NCBI GenBank assembly: GCA_038087875.1
Contig: CM075993.1
Span: 4,218,001 to 4,282,000, forward strand
Reading direction: 5' to 3'
Length of the DNA: 64,000 nt
DNA from: Malacoraja senta
Lineage: Eukaryota
The number at the start of each line of letters is the position of its first letter. Position 1 is the stretch's first letter. A program made the position numbers and the translations under genes. Below the pieces are notes generated by a model, which saw only the letters and a program-made list of their open reading frames with translations, was not told the origin of the DNA and did no database searches. Of this stretch, positions 24,320 through 38,200 are shown in pieces.

Positions 24320-25090
24320 AGGTCTATATCGACGGGACCATGGAGAGAGTCAATAGCTTCAAATTCCTGAGTGTGCATATTTCTGAAAATCTTTCCTGGA
24401 CCCAGCACTTTGATGCAATTATCGAGAAAGCCCATCAACTAATTAAACCGAGGCTAGAACTTTTTAAATATCGACACTTCTAAAAAAAAAAAAAACTGGA
24501 GAGTCAAATGCAACGAAATTTCATTCTAGGTGCACTGTGTATAGGTGTATATCTGAATGACAATAAAGTTTTCATTCATTCATCAACTCCTCTACTTCCT
24601 GAGACGATTGCAGAGATTTGGTACGTCAAATAAGACTCTCTTGAACTTCTACAGATGTATAGTATAGCCCAGTCAATCACGGGTTCTGACCTTCCTATTG
24701 TAGATCAGTGCATGCTCCTTTAACATAGTGACCTCACCACTACTAACCACTCCCCATTATCTTCAGTATAATTGTAGCCTCCCCACCCCCAGCTCTCTCT
24801 CTAGCTCCGGTGACAGACCACGAACAGCTCGGGCACTATGTGTGTGTATGATTACTATGTCTGCAATAAACTAGTAGTGAAGACTTCACATGTCTGACAA
24901 GTCTTTACACCTATCTTCGAAGGGATTCACAGGAGTCGCTGCCTCAACAGAAACTCACACCACCCTGGCCACACACTGCCATCCTGGCCACACACATTTC
25001 ACCCCTGCCATCGGGAAGAAAGTACAGAAGCCTGAAAACTGTAGCGTCCATGTTTAGGAACATTTTTTTCCCTACAGCTCTCAGGCTAGG
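24320..25090 (+). mobile_element. Degraded Rex1/Babar-like LINE fragment with nested insertions
   Basis: MERVNSFKFLSVHISENLSWTQH...KAHQ, resuming as LYFLRRLQRFG after an insert at 24441-24580 flanked by TSD CATCAACT. Confidence 0.7.
24699..24909 (+). mobile_element. Solo LTR (211 bp)
   Basis: TGTA...TACA termini, 5-bp TSD CCTAT (24694-98 / 24910-14), internal AATAAA at 24865. Confidence 0.78.
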
Positions 25091-25659
25091 AAGGATAGGA
25101 AGGTGGATAGGAATACTTTATTGTCACATGTGACTAGGCAGAGTGGGATTCTTTGCTTGCATACACAATGTATACAAATATATGTATATAGTAAATACTA
25201 CAACCTCCAATAAGCTCTGAACTACATAGACTTGGGGGAATTGGTTTTGTCCTTCTGCACTATTATTGTTTGTTTGTTTTGTTATGTGTACGTGTCATAA
25301 GGTCATAATGTCACAAGTGATAGGAGTAGAATTAGGCCATTCGGCCCATCAGGACTAGTGTATATATAGAAAAAATATATATACATATATATACACACAC
25401 ACTCATATATACACAGGCCCCTTAGCCCAGTGTGTCTGCTGATTGAGATGCCCCATCTGGTCTCTGGTTGTCTGATCCTTTCATATTCATTTAAATGTCC
25501 AAGTGTCTGGGGAAAGAGAGCATCTTAGTTTATTTAGTTTGTGTGTGAGTGTGTGTATAATATGTATGCATATGTCACTGACCTATTTTTTCTCCTTTAT
25601 TATAGTCTGCAATAAATAGTGTTATAGTGTTTAGTGTTGTGTCTTGCATGGCTTGTGTT

Positions 25660-26270
25660 GCGAGATGGCGATCGACGTCATCGCGCCGAGGCCCCGCCAC
25701 GCCCTTCCCCCGCCCTTTATTGTGACGTCACAGTGGGCGGAGGGCGGGGCTTGTTGTTGGGGGGTGGGTGGGGGGGGTGGTTAGTTCGCGCGCGTGCGCG
25801 CTGCCCGGACCCGTCGGGCGTCAGGAAGTCAGCGCGAGCCGGTGGGGGCGGGGGGGCCGGCGGGAGTGAGTGAGAGGGAGAGGGAGAGGGAGAGGGAGAG
25901 AGTTGTCCGCTAAACTTCGACGCCCCAAAAACAACAAAAACAAAAAAACATGACAGAGTTCGACGCCAACCCGTTCGCGGACCCGGTGGAAATAAATCCC
26001 TTCCAGGTAAAGAAAGCCGTCGCGCTTTCGTGTTTGTTTGTTTGTTTGTTCGTCGATGGGAAAACGAAGTGAACGAGCGGAAGGTTTGTTCGGCTGGGCC
26101 TCAGTCGTTGAGGCGGATCCTCGAGCGAAACCTAACCTGCTGGCTGGTGGTGATTGACGGGGCGCTCGGCCAATGGAGAGGCAGCCCGTGGTCGACCCTG
26201 CCCCCAAAAGGGGGCGGGACGTGGCCAGGCGGTTGATCAAGTTAGATTGGCGCGGCACAGCCTTTGCCTG
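25660..26270 (+). promoter_or_regulatory. SCAMP2 CpG-island promoter
   Basis: CpG-dense. Full CRE TGACGTCA at 25723-25730, several GC boxes, NRF1-like GCGCGTGCGC near 25790, ETS CAGGAAGT at 25822, YY1-like AGATGGCG near 25663. Confidence 0.8.
25950..26006 (+). CDS. SCAMP2: SCAMP2 exon 1
   Basis: ATG ACA GAG TTC GAC GCC AAC CCG TTC...TTC CAG|gtaaag; in a CpG island. Confidence 0.95.
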
Positions 26271-29200
26271 TCGGACAAAACTTTAGTGGAAAAGTTATTG
26301 GCGAAAGGGTGCTGGCGTCCTTCATTGACAGATTCAGGCTTTTGTTTCCCCCCCTCCCCCAAAACTTTAAATTAGAGTGTGAACCTGGCAAGGGTTTAAA
26401 GTGGGTAGGAAGGAACTACAGACGTGTAGGAAAGAACTGCAGATGTTGGTTTAAATTTTCAGTGGAGCAGACCCATTCCTTCTCTCTACAGATGCTGCCT
26501 GTCCCGCTGAGTTATTCAAGGAACTGGCTTAAGCCGAAGATTGTCACAAAATGCTGGAGTAGCTCAGCTCACTTGCAGTCTGAAGAAGGGTGTCGATCCT
26601 GAACGTCACCCATTCGAGATGCTGCCTGACCCGCTGACTTCCTCCAGCATTTTGTATCTATCAAGGGTTTAAGGTGAAGCAGGAAACAGGTGCAGCGCAC
26701 TCCTTAAGAAAGGCCAATCCCAGAGTTTGAGTAACGTCCACACCCATTCCATCATGTCGTCATTTTTTAAAATAAACTAGAGTTGCTCTTTAAAATGAAG
26801 TACCATTTGGGAATATTTTTGCACGGATTTGCAACATAGGAGCAAAGCATTCAGAAATCAAGACAAAAGGCACAGGTATTATATCTGGAGACAATCCAAT
26901 CCAATCCAACTTTATTTGTTAAGCACTTTAAAACAACCAATGTTGGCCAAAGTGCTGTACAGAAGAATAAACAAGACATCATAAACAGACAACATAACAG
27001 AACATAACATAACAGCTCACACGAGGCGCAAAAATTACATATGAAATGTTGTAGGGAAGACTATCCATACAAATAATAAAAAGAGGTAGAAAAAAAAATG
27101 ACACAACACACTATAAGAAATTCAACACAAAATGACACAACACACTATAAGAATCACAAAGTGTTGGAGTAACTCAGCAGGTCAGGCAGTATCTGGAGAA
27201 AATGGACGAATGATTTTATTTGTTGGGATCTTTCTTCAGACTGAGAGTTTTTGTTACAGGCACTATATCTGGAGATGCAGTTAGAATCACTTGTCATCAT
27301 TATTCAGCAGAACCCTAGCTTTTGTGATGAAACTGCCTTGAACTGAAACGTTGACTGTTTTGATCTCCAAAACTGCTGTATAACTTGCTGAGTCTTTGTT
27401 CTTCAGATTTTCAGCATCTTAAGTTTATTTATCTGCTTTTTGGTTGCGTGCTTTTGGTGCTACACAGGCTGTCTTCCAGCCATCATGTCATTACGTTACT
27501 TGTCCTTCTTCTTACCCTGCTTACCTTTTGCCACCATAAGCCACTCTGACCATTGAGTAGTTAATCCCATCTCCTCACTGTATGCTGGGCAAATAAATTT
27601 CTCTTAACTTTAGATTTGTTTATCTATGTTTACCTAATCAAATGTTTTCATTGTTTCAACTTATTGCACACCTATTTTCTCCTTTTCCAGAGAAGACTGG
27701 GACTATTTAATATTTCCTGATTATTCACCTTGTATTTTTTTTCCATCTTCAATGCATTTTATGATCATAACTGTTTGTTGGGACTATGTGTGGTCTATTT
27801 TATCTCATCACTTCCTTGACGTAGAAATGTTGCTGCATCCTTATTTACAAATTGACTTAAATTGTCCAGTTCTACATTTTTATTCTATTTTTTTGTAAAC
27901 TATCCCAAATTTATTATGGTATTTATCTATACCATTATATGTGGACCTTTATTTCTGCCTCCAAATACCATAAAGATCTTAAAAATAGTTTCAGAGTTGT
28001 ATCTGGTGGTTTTGAAGAAAGTAAGACATCAAAGTTTTGTGAATTTAGTTACAAAGGTATCATCAGCAGGTCAGATAGCATCTATGGAGAAAAGGAATAG
28101 GTGATGGTTTGGTCGAGACCCTTCTTCAGACTGAGAGTCAGGGGAAGGGGAAACGAGAGATATAATCGGTGATATCGAGAGATATAGGCGTTGGATTAAA
28201 TTTGACATTAAACCACAAAGATCAATTGAGAACGAAGGAATAAAGAAAAGGCTCAAGGAGGAAATTCCTGAGCCTAGTCAAGGAATCTGAAACTACAGCA
28301 CCATCGTTAAATGACAATTCAAGAATTGGAGTAACATGAGGCTATAAAGTAGAGCAAGAAAACTGGGATCGTTGTTTTATAATTAATGCATTACTCAACA
28401 TTGAACCACCTAGGTTAACAAACCTGGGTGGTGGTGGTGGTGATCTGAAGAAGTCTCGACCCGTAACATCGCCTATTTCCTTCGCTCCATAGATGCTGCC
28501 TCACCCACTGAGTTTCTCCAGCATTTTTGTCTACCTTGGGTGGTGGTGAGTGTGACCTGGTACCGAATAGGATGCAGGCAGGAAATTCTGGGTAAATCCA
28601 AATTTACTGAGGATTGAAGGAAGATAAAAATCATGAAATTCATAAATGGGGTCCTGGTTTGAACTCAAAAACTCTTATGTTTAGTGGTGATTAAAGCAAG
28701 AGTCAAGAGTGTTTAATTGACATATGTACTGACAATGGAACAATAAAATTATTACTTGGCCCATTAACACTATAACACACAAATAAATATGTGATCATCA
28801 GTAATACAATGCCAGGCCCCATAATAGTGCAAAATCAAACTCCATAGTGCAATCAGACCAAAGTCGGATTATAGTTAGTTAGTATTGTGCCATGTTCAAG
28901 AGCCTGATTGGTGCTGGGAAGAAGCTGTTCTTGAACATGAATGTAATGGTTCTCGGGCTTCTGTACAATCACCTTCATGGTAGAGAGATGGGAGCATGGC
29001 CAGGATGGTGTGAGTCTTTTGATGATACTAGCTGCCTTTTTGAGGCAGTACCACCTTCAGTGGTGGGGAAGTCAGAACCTGTAATGGATTGGACAATGTT
29101 TACCACTTTCCGCAGCCCCTTGAGTGTTTGCATTACCCAACCAGGCCATGATGCAACCAGTCAGTAAGCACAGTGGGATTATAGAATTAACTGTTAATTC

Positions 29201-32200
29201 TTCTTATCAAGTCCACATCACAAGATTAGAAATTGTTCAGCTAGAGCTGAACACACTACTCGGCATCTGCATACAGTTGCGTCTTGCGCTTCTTGTGCGT
29301 GGTGGTGGAAAGATTGGTGGAAACAGGGCAACGATGTGAACGCTCTTTCCTTGACCCCAACTGTTAAGTTATAGCAGAAGAAGTAGGGCAGCAAAGGAGG
29401 AACGTGGTCAGGTGAACAATTAGTAAAAGCTCATTGCATCTGGAGTAGATCTATGTTCTTCGATTGGATTCCCCAGTGATATCATTGTCTGGGATTCTTT
29501 TTCCATTATTTCACTTCTCTGAATTTAGCAGCTAGGCTGCAAAAATGCTTTTCTTTTGGATTTAGTTGCATATTTTCCAAAGTTTAGGTGCTTCCAGAGA
29601 GGGTATACTTTTGCATTTAAAAACATGCGCATGTATTTGGCACATTGGATTAAAATTCTAGCAATGTACATACAGTGTATTCAATTACACACTTTTAAAT
29701 ATTTATTTAACGGCTGTAAAGTTTTCTCGCTTAAGATGGACTAAGGAGAAGACTTAAATTTCAGTTTCAACAAGCAGAAGAGTAAGAAAAGATTCTCCAC
29801 AGCTGAGGTCGTGTGACTCCCTATCCCTTAAAATGGCCTGAAAGGCTTCAAAGTTGCTATGTCAACACTGAAAAAGGGTAAAATTGGACAGTCTACCCAA
29901 CTGACTTTTTTGTTGCACTCTTTTCTCCTCTCACCATACAGCCTTGCAAATTCTTTCCTTTCAGATAATTTTCATTTCATTTAAATAAATCAATTCAACC
30001 TTCAAAGTCAATTGGTAAATCTATTTTGTACCCTTTACATATTTCCTGCAGTGTTGTGCCCAGAATTGGACACAGTGCTCCAGTTCTGCCACAGCAATGA
30101 CTATAAAGGTTTCTTCCTTGCTCTCGTACTCCATGCCTCTGCTTATAATCAATTTCACAATCTGCTGCACCCCTTTCATCAAAATATACACAGATGCATG
30201 CTGATTTCTATTCTGGTATCTGCTGTTATAAGTCATATTTAGATTATATTGTCCCTTAGTTTTTCTATCAAGATGCAGTGATTCATATTTCTCATTACAT
30301 AGTGATTAATTTCACCATGCTACCGGCATCTTCATTGTTCATGACATCTCAGCCGCAGTACTGAAGAGTGGTCCAGCTGTTGCGATGCCGTTCCAGTACA
30401 ATTTTAAAAAACTGGTATTTATCATTGATGTGAAAAATTGCTCAATTGTTCTGTTAACAAAAAACTGGGTAACTTGAATACCTCGCCTCAACCTTGGATC
30501 AAAGCATTGAATTTTAGAGATGAGAGAGCAAGTCTTCCTTTCACACAAAGGCAATACTTGATTGTGGCATCAAGGTTTCTTGATAAAACAGATATGAAAG
30601 GGAAAATGTAAGCTTTATCTGACTGAATACAGTAGGACTAAACCATCGTGGGCTGATAACGTATGCCACAAATTCCAGACAGACTCCTAATAACCTATCC
30701 TTAATGAACACCACTGAATTATCAGTAATTATCATGGAAGATCTCAAAGGAAACTAAACTGGACTAACCACTGTCTTTGCCGATTAATGCATGTGTAGTA
30801 TAACTACAAGAGCAAGTCAGGTTGAGCATCCTGTGTTAAGGGGTGATAGACTCCTTACTGACATCCACTACAAACCTACCGACTCCCATGGCTATCTGGA
30901 CTACACTTCTTCCCACCCTGCTTCCTGTAAGGACTCCATCCCCCACTCCCAATTCCTCCGTCTACGCCGCATCTGCTCCCAGGATGAGGCGTTCCACACC
31001 AGGGCATCTGAAATGTCCTCATTCTTCAGGGAACGGGGGTTCCCCTCCACCATAGATGAGGCTCGCACCAGGGTCTCTGCCATACCCCGCAACACTGCTC
31101 TCTCTCCCCATCCCCCCACTCACAACAAGGGCAGAGTCCCCCTAGTCCTCACCTTTCACCCCACCAGCCGTCACATACAACAAGTGATCCTCCGTCAGTT
31201 TCGCCACCTCCAACGTGACCCCACCACTCGCCACATCTTCCCATCTCCCCCCATGTCTGCCTTCCGCAAAGACCGCTCCCTCCGTAATTCCCTTGTCAAT
31301 TCTTCCCTTCCCTCCCCTCCCATACCACCCCCTCCCCTGGTACTTTCCCTTGCAACCGCAAGAGATGCAACACTTGTTCCTTCACCTCCCCCCTCTACTC
31401 CATTCAAGGACCCAAGCAGTCGTTCCAGGTGCGACAGAGGTTCACCTGCATCTCCTCCAACCTCATCTATTGCATCCGCTGCTCTAGATGCCAGCTGATC
31501 TACATCGGTGAGACCAAGCGGAGGCTTGGCGATCGTTTCGCCGAACACCTCCGGTCGGTCCGCAATAACCAACCTGACCTCCCGGTGGCTCAGCACTTCA
31601 ACTCCCCCTCCCATTCCGTATCTGAACTCTCTGTCCTGGGTCTCCTCCATGGCCACAGCGAGCAACACCGTAAATTGGAGGAAATGCACCTCATATTCCG
31701 CTTGGGCAGTCTACATCCTGGGGGCTTGAACATTGAATTCTCCCAATTCTGCTAGCCCTTGCTGTCCCCTCCCCTTCATCAGCCATCCGGTTGTCTCCTC
31801 CCCCAGCCCTCGGGCTCCTCCTCTGCCTTTTTCCTTTTTTTCCTTTCTTCTCCCCACCCCCTATCAGTCTGAAGAAGGGTTTTGGCCCAAAACGTTACCT
31901 ATTTCCTTCGCTCCATAGATGCTGCTGCACCCGCTGAGTTTCTCCAGCATTTTTGTGTACCTGTGTTAAGGAGCTTGCTTCCTGGTACCACAAAGCCTTT
32001 ATACCACCTGTGTGGCATGATGTAATGCTGTTTGCTTGCCTTGAAGATAGAACTCCAACACCATCCAGGGGAAAGTTGAATTGGCAATCCATTCAATCCC
32101 CCAAATGTGTATTCCTTTAGTGTTGCACAATGTCAGCTGTGGGTGCCATCTATAAAATGTATTCCTAAGCTTTTAAGACAATGCCTTGTAATATCTTGAA

Positions 32201-35200
32201 TAAAAGACAGCAGGCAGATGAGGGATATTTGCCCTTGCAGGTTCCCCTCCAAATTGCACACCTGCATTGGAAATATATTGCCTTTCCTCTGTTGTATATG
32301 AATCCTGTTGTTGAACAGAACAGTGAGGACCACCTCTGCAAGAAGGACTGCAGCAGTTCATGAAGGTGGCTTATCAGTACCAATTAGCAATTAGGGATAG
32401 TCAATAAATGGTACATTTTCCCATGATGCCCACATCCCAAAAAACAAATAAACTATTTCAAATGCATTTAAAGGGCGTTTCCTTACTAATTGAAAAAGTC
32501 ACAGTTAACGCTCTTGATTCTGTATCATTATTTATAAGGTTGCAGACCTATCAAAGTACAACTACACAAAATAATCTAGTTAACTCCCAAGAAAGAACAA
32601 TATGAAATTTATTTTTGATGTGATGCTATAAAAATATTCACTTTAGTTTGCGCTTTATTTTACCTTATTTCCTCCGTAATTTTCAACGTACTGGTGAAAT
32701 ATAACAATTCTGTGCAGGTTTAACTATCACAGTAAAAATAAATCACGGCTTTATGCAAACTATTAAGATTGTTTACTGTCTACCAATGCAATCTTTGCAC
32801 GTGGACATACATGTGAATTTGTGCCTGGCAAATTCAATATCTTGTATTCTGGTTGGGTAGTTTATAGCCCAAAGGTATGAACATTGAAATGTTCAATTTC
32901 TGGTAACCCATGTTCTTCTCTCACTCTCCATCCATCCGCCTCTGGTCCCCTCACATTCGTCTCCCTCCCCCTTTTAGCTCATCCACCTCCTACGCACGCA
33001 TTACACCCACCCGATCTCCTCCCCATCTGTCGGTTCCTTATGCCGTTCACCTCTCTCTAATAGTTCCCATCATCACCTTTCTTATCTGATTTCAGAACCG
33101 GTTGCCTTTATGCTCCTGTTAATCACCCTCCGGCATTTGTCTCCGCCCCACCTGGCTTCGTCTGCCCTTTAGATTGACTCAAAATGCTGGAGTAACTCAA
33201 CGGCTCATGCAGCATCTCTGGATAGAAGGATAGAAGACCCTTCTTCACAATGAGAGTCAGGGAGAGAGAGACATAGTGATAAGGAAGGCTCCATCTCCAT
33301 CTGCATTTCCACGGCCCTTTCCTTTGTCAGCTTCTGTCACCCTCCCCAACCTGACTCCACCTGCCAATCTAACCCCCGTCTCAACCTTACCTGCCCTGTT
33401 TTACTCCTCTTCACTCTGTCGCCATGCCAATTTTTCGGGTCAACTCTACATATCTTCCCACCACAGATGTTGCTCGATCTACTGAGTTTCTTCTTCAGTT
33501 TGGTTTTGCTCTAATTCCAGAATCTGCAGTCCCGTGTGTGTCCATGAATTTTATCATATTGTTGTATTTATACCATGATGTTTCTGTCTATTAGTCGCAT
33601 GAATCTAGGCAAAGATATTTAGTGACTTATTTCACTCTGACTGCCATAGCCAAGTCCAATTCCATTCTTGTTTGATGTTTTTAAAGAAACCTCAGCACTG
33701 AACAATGATTAACAAAACTCATGTGTAAGAAAGAACTGCAAATGCTGGTTTAAATCAAAGGTAGACGCAAAATGCTGGAGCAACTCAGTGAGACAAGCAG
33801 CATCTCTGGAGAGAAGGAATAGGTGACGTTTTGGGTCGAGACCCTTCTTCAGACAAAACTCATTTTGCTCTCTTCACCTCCCCCTATCTGCCCTCAGTCC
33901 CATTGAGATATACCCAATTGCAGCCACCTTTTAGTAATTCAGAGCAGACTAAGTATAGAACCTATCATGGTTTATCTGTATGCCGAGGAGGGAACTGCAG
34001 ATGCTGGTATACACCGAAGATAGACACCAAATGCTGGAGTAACTCAGCGGGACAGGCAGCATCTCTGGATAGAAGGTGTCTATCCAGAAATGCTGCCTGT
34101 CCTGCTGTTACTCCAGCATTTTGTGTCTATCCACACACCAGTTGATGCATTAAGCTACTAAACCATAACTTCAAATAAATCGACAAACCAATTAAATCCC
34201 TCTTATCATAACCTCTCTCCTGTGGCACATTCTGTTTAATATTTTATACGTAATATTTTGTTAAAGAGTATATATTTTAGTTCAAAGGAGGTATTAAACA
34301 TGAACCTGTGCAAAACCATTTATTAATTGGTGTCTTTCAAATGTAACAGTTACTGTAGAAGAATTAAGTATTGCATTTTCATCAGAAGGATTATAGGACA
34401 TAATTTGAAAAGGGTGGAGATGGAGAGATGTTTTAATATTATTGTATATACAGCAGGGAAGGTTGAGAAAGTGGTTTAAAAAAATCGACAATATCCTCGA
34501 TTTAGGAATAAATGTTACACAAATGGCTAGTGTCTGGAATCCACTACTAGGATTGTAGTGGTGGCAGGTTCAATTATAATGATTAGAGGGGAGCTGGCGA
34601 GATATTTAAAAGGAAAGCCTGAGAAGGTGATGAGGGAGTGGCAATTGCTAGATTTGAGCTACATAGAATCAGTGACCCAAATGGCAATCTTCTGTGTTGT
34701 AACCTTTTCTATGATTTAAGCATCTCGTCAAGTCTCCTTTAGTGCAGACTGTCAGTGTAATATTATTTACGGCAATGTTCTGTTGGTGGAATAATTGTGT
34801 TGAATGCACAACAGTACTACAACAGTTCCCCCTTTTTTGTCCCCTTTTCACAGCATTAGTTTGTGTTTCTAAATCTTTTGTATCAGTTGTTTTTGATACA
34901 AATCAGCCTTAAACTAGATGTGCCGTTCTGGAAAAAATAAAGAATTTTAATAAGTAATCTACATGAATGGAAGCTACAGTGATGCCGCAGTGAGTGCTGC
35001 TGCCTTATAATTCCAACAACCTGGATTTGATTCTGACCTGTTGTTGCAGAGTTTGCATGTATTCCCGGTTACTGCATTTGTTTCCTCGGATGCTTCAGTT
35101 TTCGGATGCTGTTACTGAATTGTCAGGGATAACAAAAGAATATCATTTTAAAGTTTCTTATGTTACTGTTTATTATTTCAGGTTGTTCATAGTTGATACA

Positions 35201-38200
35201 AGCCAATTTTCAAAAAAAATTCTATTTATCGATCTAATTTGTTAATAAATTAATGAACCTTGAGTAAGATGTTTGTTGCATGGGAACCACGGGTTATCTA
35301 TATTTTAGGAATATAAACCTTGTATTATTCCTTTAATTTATATTCTAAGAAATTTAATTTAAACAAATTAATACCATAAAATTTTAGAAAAATAATATTG
35401 TAATGGATCTCCCTGGAGGAATATACCAAAATTAGGCAAATTATATTTATTATCCATGTTTCTCTGGCATTTAATTTTTAATTTATTACATTTTTTACCA
35501 GGAGGTTAATTTTTTAACCTCCTGGTGAAGGAAATGAAGAAATGTAAGTTAACAATAGCTGAGAACATCATTAAAGGGCCTGTCCCTCTTACGCGGCCTT
35601 TTCGGCGACTGCCATCATAGGTCGCCGAAAATTTTCAACATGTTAAAAATTCAGTGGCGACCAGAAAGACGCTACAACCCTTTGGGTGACTAGGAGACCT
35701 CTCACGGCCATAGAGGCGACCCCCTGGCGACCTCTCACGACCATACAGGCGACCCCCTGGTGACATGCCCCCTGGTGACACCCCACGACATGTCGCCTGT
35801 ATGGTCGTGAGAGGTCTCCTAGTCACCCAAGAAGTCGTAGCGTCTTTCTGGTCGCCGCTGAATTTTCAACATGTTGAACATTTTCGGCGACCTATGACGG
35901 GTGCCGGCAGTCGCCGAAAAGGTCGTGTAAGTGGGACAGGCTCTTAACCTTGAAGGCCTTTGTTATCTTATTTTTGAAAAAGAGTTCAATCTGGTAATGA
36001 GGAGGAAGTTCTTTTTACTAGTAGCCACTGAGCAAAACTTAACTGATTTTTTTTTGCATTGTTAGGCACAAAGACACATAGTTTGACCAATCTTGTCTAG
36101 GTTTTATGGTTTAAATTAATTTAAGCATTGGAGTTGAAAGCTGGCTTGTGCATCTTTTCATCAAATGTAATTAGGTTGATGCTTAAAATGATCAACAATT
36201 GGAATTGAGTTGTAATCTTGGATGCCACTGGATTTTTTGAAGCACTTCGACCTGGCACTGGAATTTTCCAGTAGCGTTTGCACTAAACATTTGATTTTAC
36301 ACTGGTTTCTTTTTCCAGTAGCAACTGGTACTGGATTTTGTGACTTGCAAGCAGCTTGTCAATTAGGTTATAATAACGGTTGGTGTTTTGAAATACGCAG
36401 CTGATTGATGTGGGATGATGCAGCTAACATTGGATCAGTTTTATCAGTAGGGAAGGGTTCCTGCTCAAACATTCCAATGCTATGTCTGCATGTTAGAATC
36501 AAACTTTGGCTGCTGGTGGCACTTATTGCACCACCCTACATTCATGCCAAAGTTGGAGTGTGGCCTTTCAGGAAATGGATAACATTTCATAGAAAATAGG
36601 TGCAGGAGTAGGCCATTTGGCCCTTTGAGCCAGCACCACCATTCAATATGATCATAGCTGATCATCTAAAATAATTACACCGTTTCTGCTTTTTCCTCAT
36701 ATCTCTTGATTCCTTTAGCCCTAAGAACTACATCTAACTCTTTCTTGAAAACATCCTGTGAATTTGCCACCACTGCCTTCTGTGGCAGAGAATTCCACAG
36801 ATTCACAACTCTCTGGGGGAAACAAATTGTCCTCATCCCAGTCCTAAATTGCATACCCCTTATTTGTAAACTGTGACCCCTGGTTGTAGACATCCCCAAC
36901 ATCGGGAATATTTTTCCTGCATCTAGCCTGTCCAATCCTTTAAGAATTTTATGTGTCTATAAGATCCCCTTTCATTCTTCTAAATTCCAGTGAACACAGG
37001 CCCAGTCGACCCATTCTTTCAATTTCAATACCTAAATTCTGTTTTTATGGTGTTTTTAATGCAGCGAATATGCTTATGAGCAGCATTGTCATTTATGCCA
37101 AGTTACATTAGTGTGAGTGACCAAAACTTGGCTAAAGACACAAAGCATAAGCAAAAAGGAGTAGACCATTTAATTCCTTACACCTGCTTTGCCATTCAAG
37201 GATATCATAGGATGATATTTTAACTCATTGCAACTTTTCCAAGCTTGATCACTTATTTTGAGAATGAGACTCTTAGTTCTGGAGGTCCATCCAGGGAAAC
37301 ATCATCCCTGCATCTACCATGTCAAAACTGGAAGAATTTGTCCCCTCGACATGACTGGGAATAAGAGAAAAATAAGTTCGCTCTAATTTGCGGAGAAGGT
37401 GGGGGAGGGATGTCTTCTCCCAATGACGGCTTATGCATGTCCCACTGTGCAACTGCCTCACAACTTCTACTATCATTTTGTATGATCAAACAGGGGTTAA
37501 GAGACTCGGTCCCCTAATCCAAATTGAAATAGACTTGGAATTAATGGAGCTGCTTGAAGATGATGTAGGGAGTTACAGAACTCGCCATCCTTACATCTGA
37601 TGATATGGCTACCAATGTGGAGTGATTGACCCTCTGGATGCACACGATTGTGAAAACTGGTACCTCTTGAATGGAGTAGGACTGGAGGAGATTGCGATGG
37701 GAACCATGAAGTGTTTTGAAAACTGGGATGCAAATTTTGGAATGAAACCATTGACTACTTAAGATAGACACAAATAGCTGGAGTAACTCAGCGGGAGAGG
37801 CAGCATCTCTGGAGAGAAGGAATGGGTGATATTTTGGGTCGAGACCCTTCAGACTTGTTAGGGATAAGGGAAACGAGAGATATAGATGATGATGTAGAGA
37901 GACCGCTTAATATCAGCTAAATAACTCCGATTACTCCTTGAGCCAACAATGCTAATGTGAAATGAAATGTTTAAGAAGTTAAATTGAGAATTTTTCAGTC
38001 TTTTTATGCTGGAATTCTTCACAGTCAAGGCTGAATTGATAATGGTGGTGTGTAATTAAATTGCATGAGGCAGAGGATAGACATTCAATCATATGTAACT
38101 CAAATTCAATTAGGCTGATCTTGTTTATTCCGGAGAGATTTTGCGAATAGATGTGCATGTATTCCTCGTGAATACTCTCTACAGTGTTATACTAAGAATA

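Noticed and set aside
35690..35790. CRISPR-like short repeats
   Set aside because: Internal duplications in the centre of a MITE; no unique spacers and a eukaryotic context.
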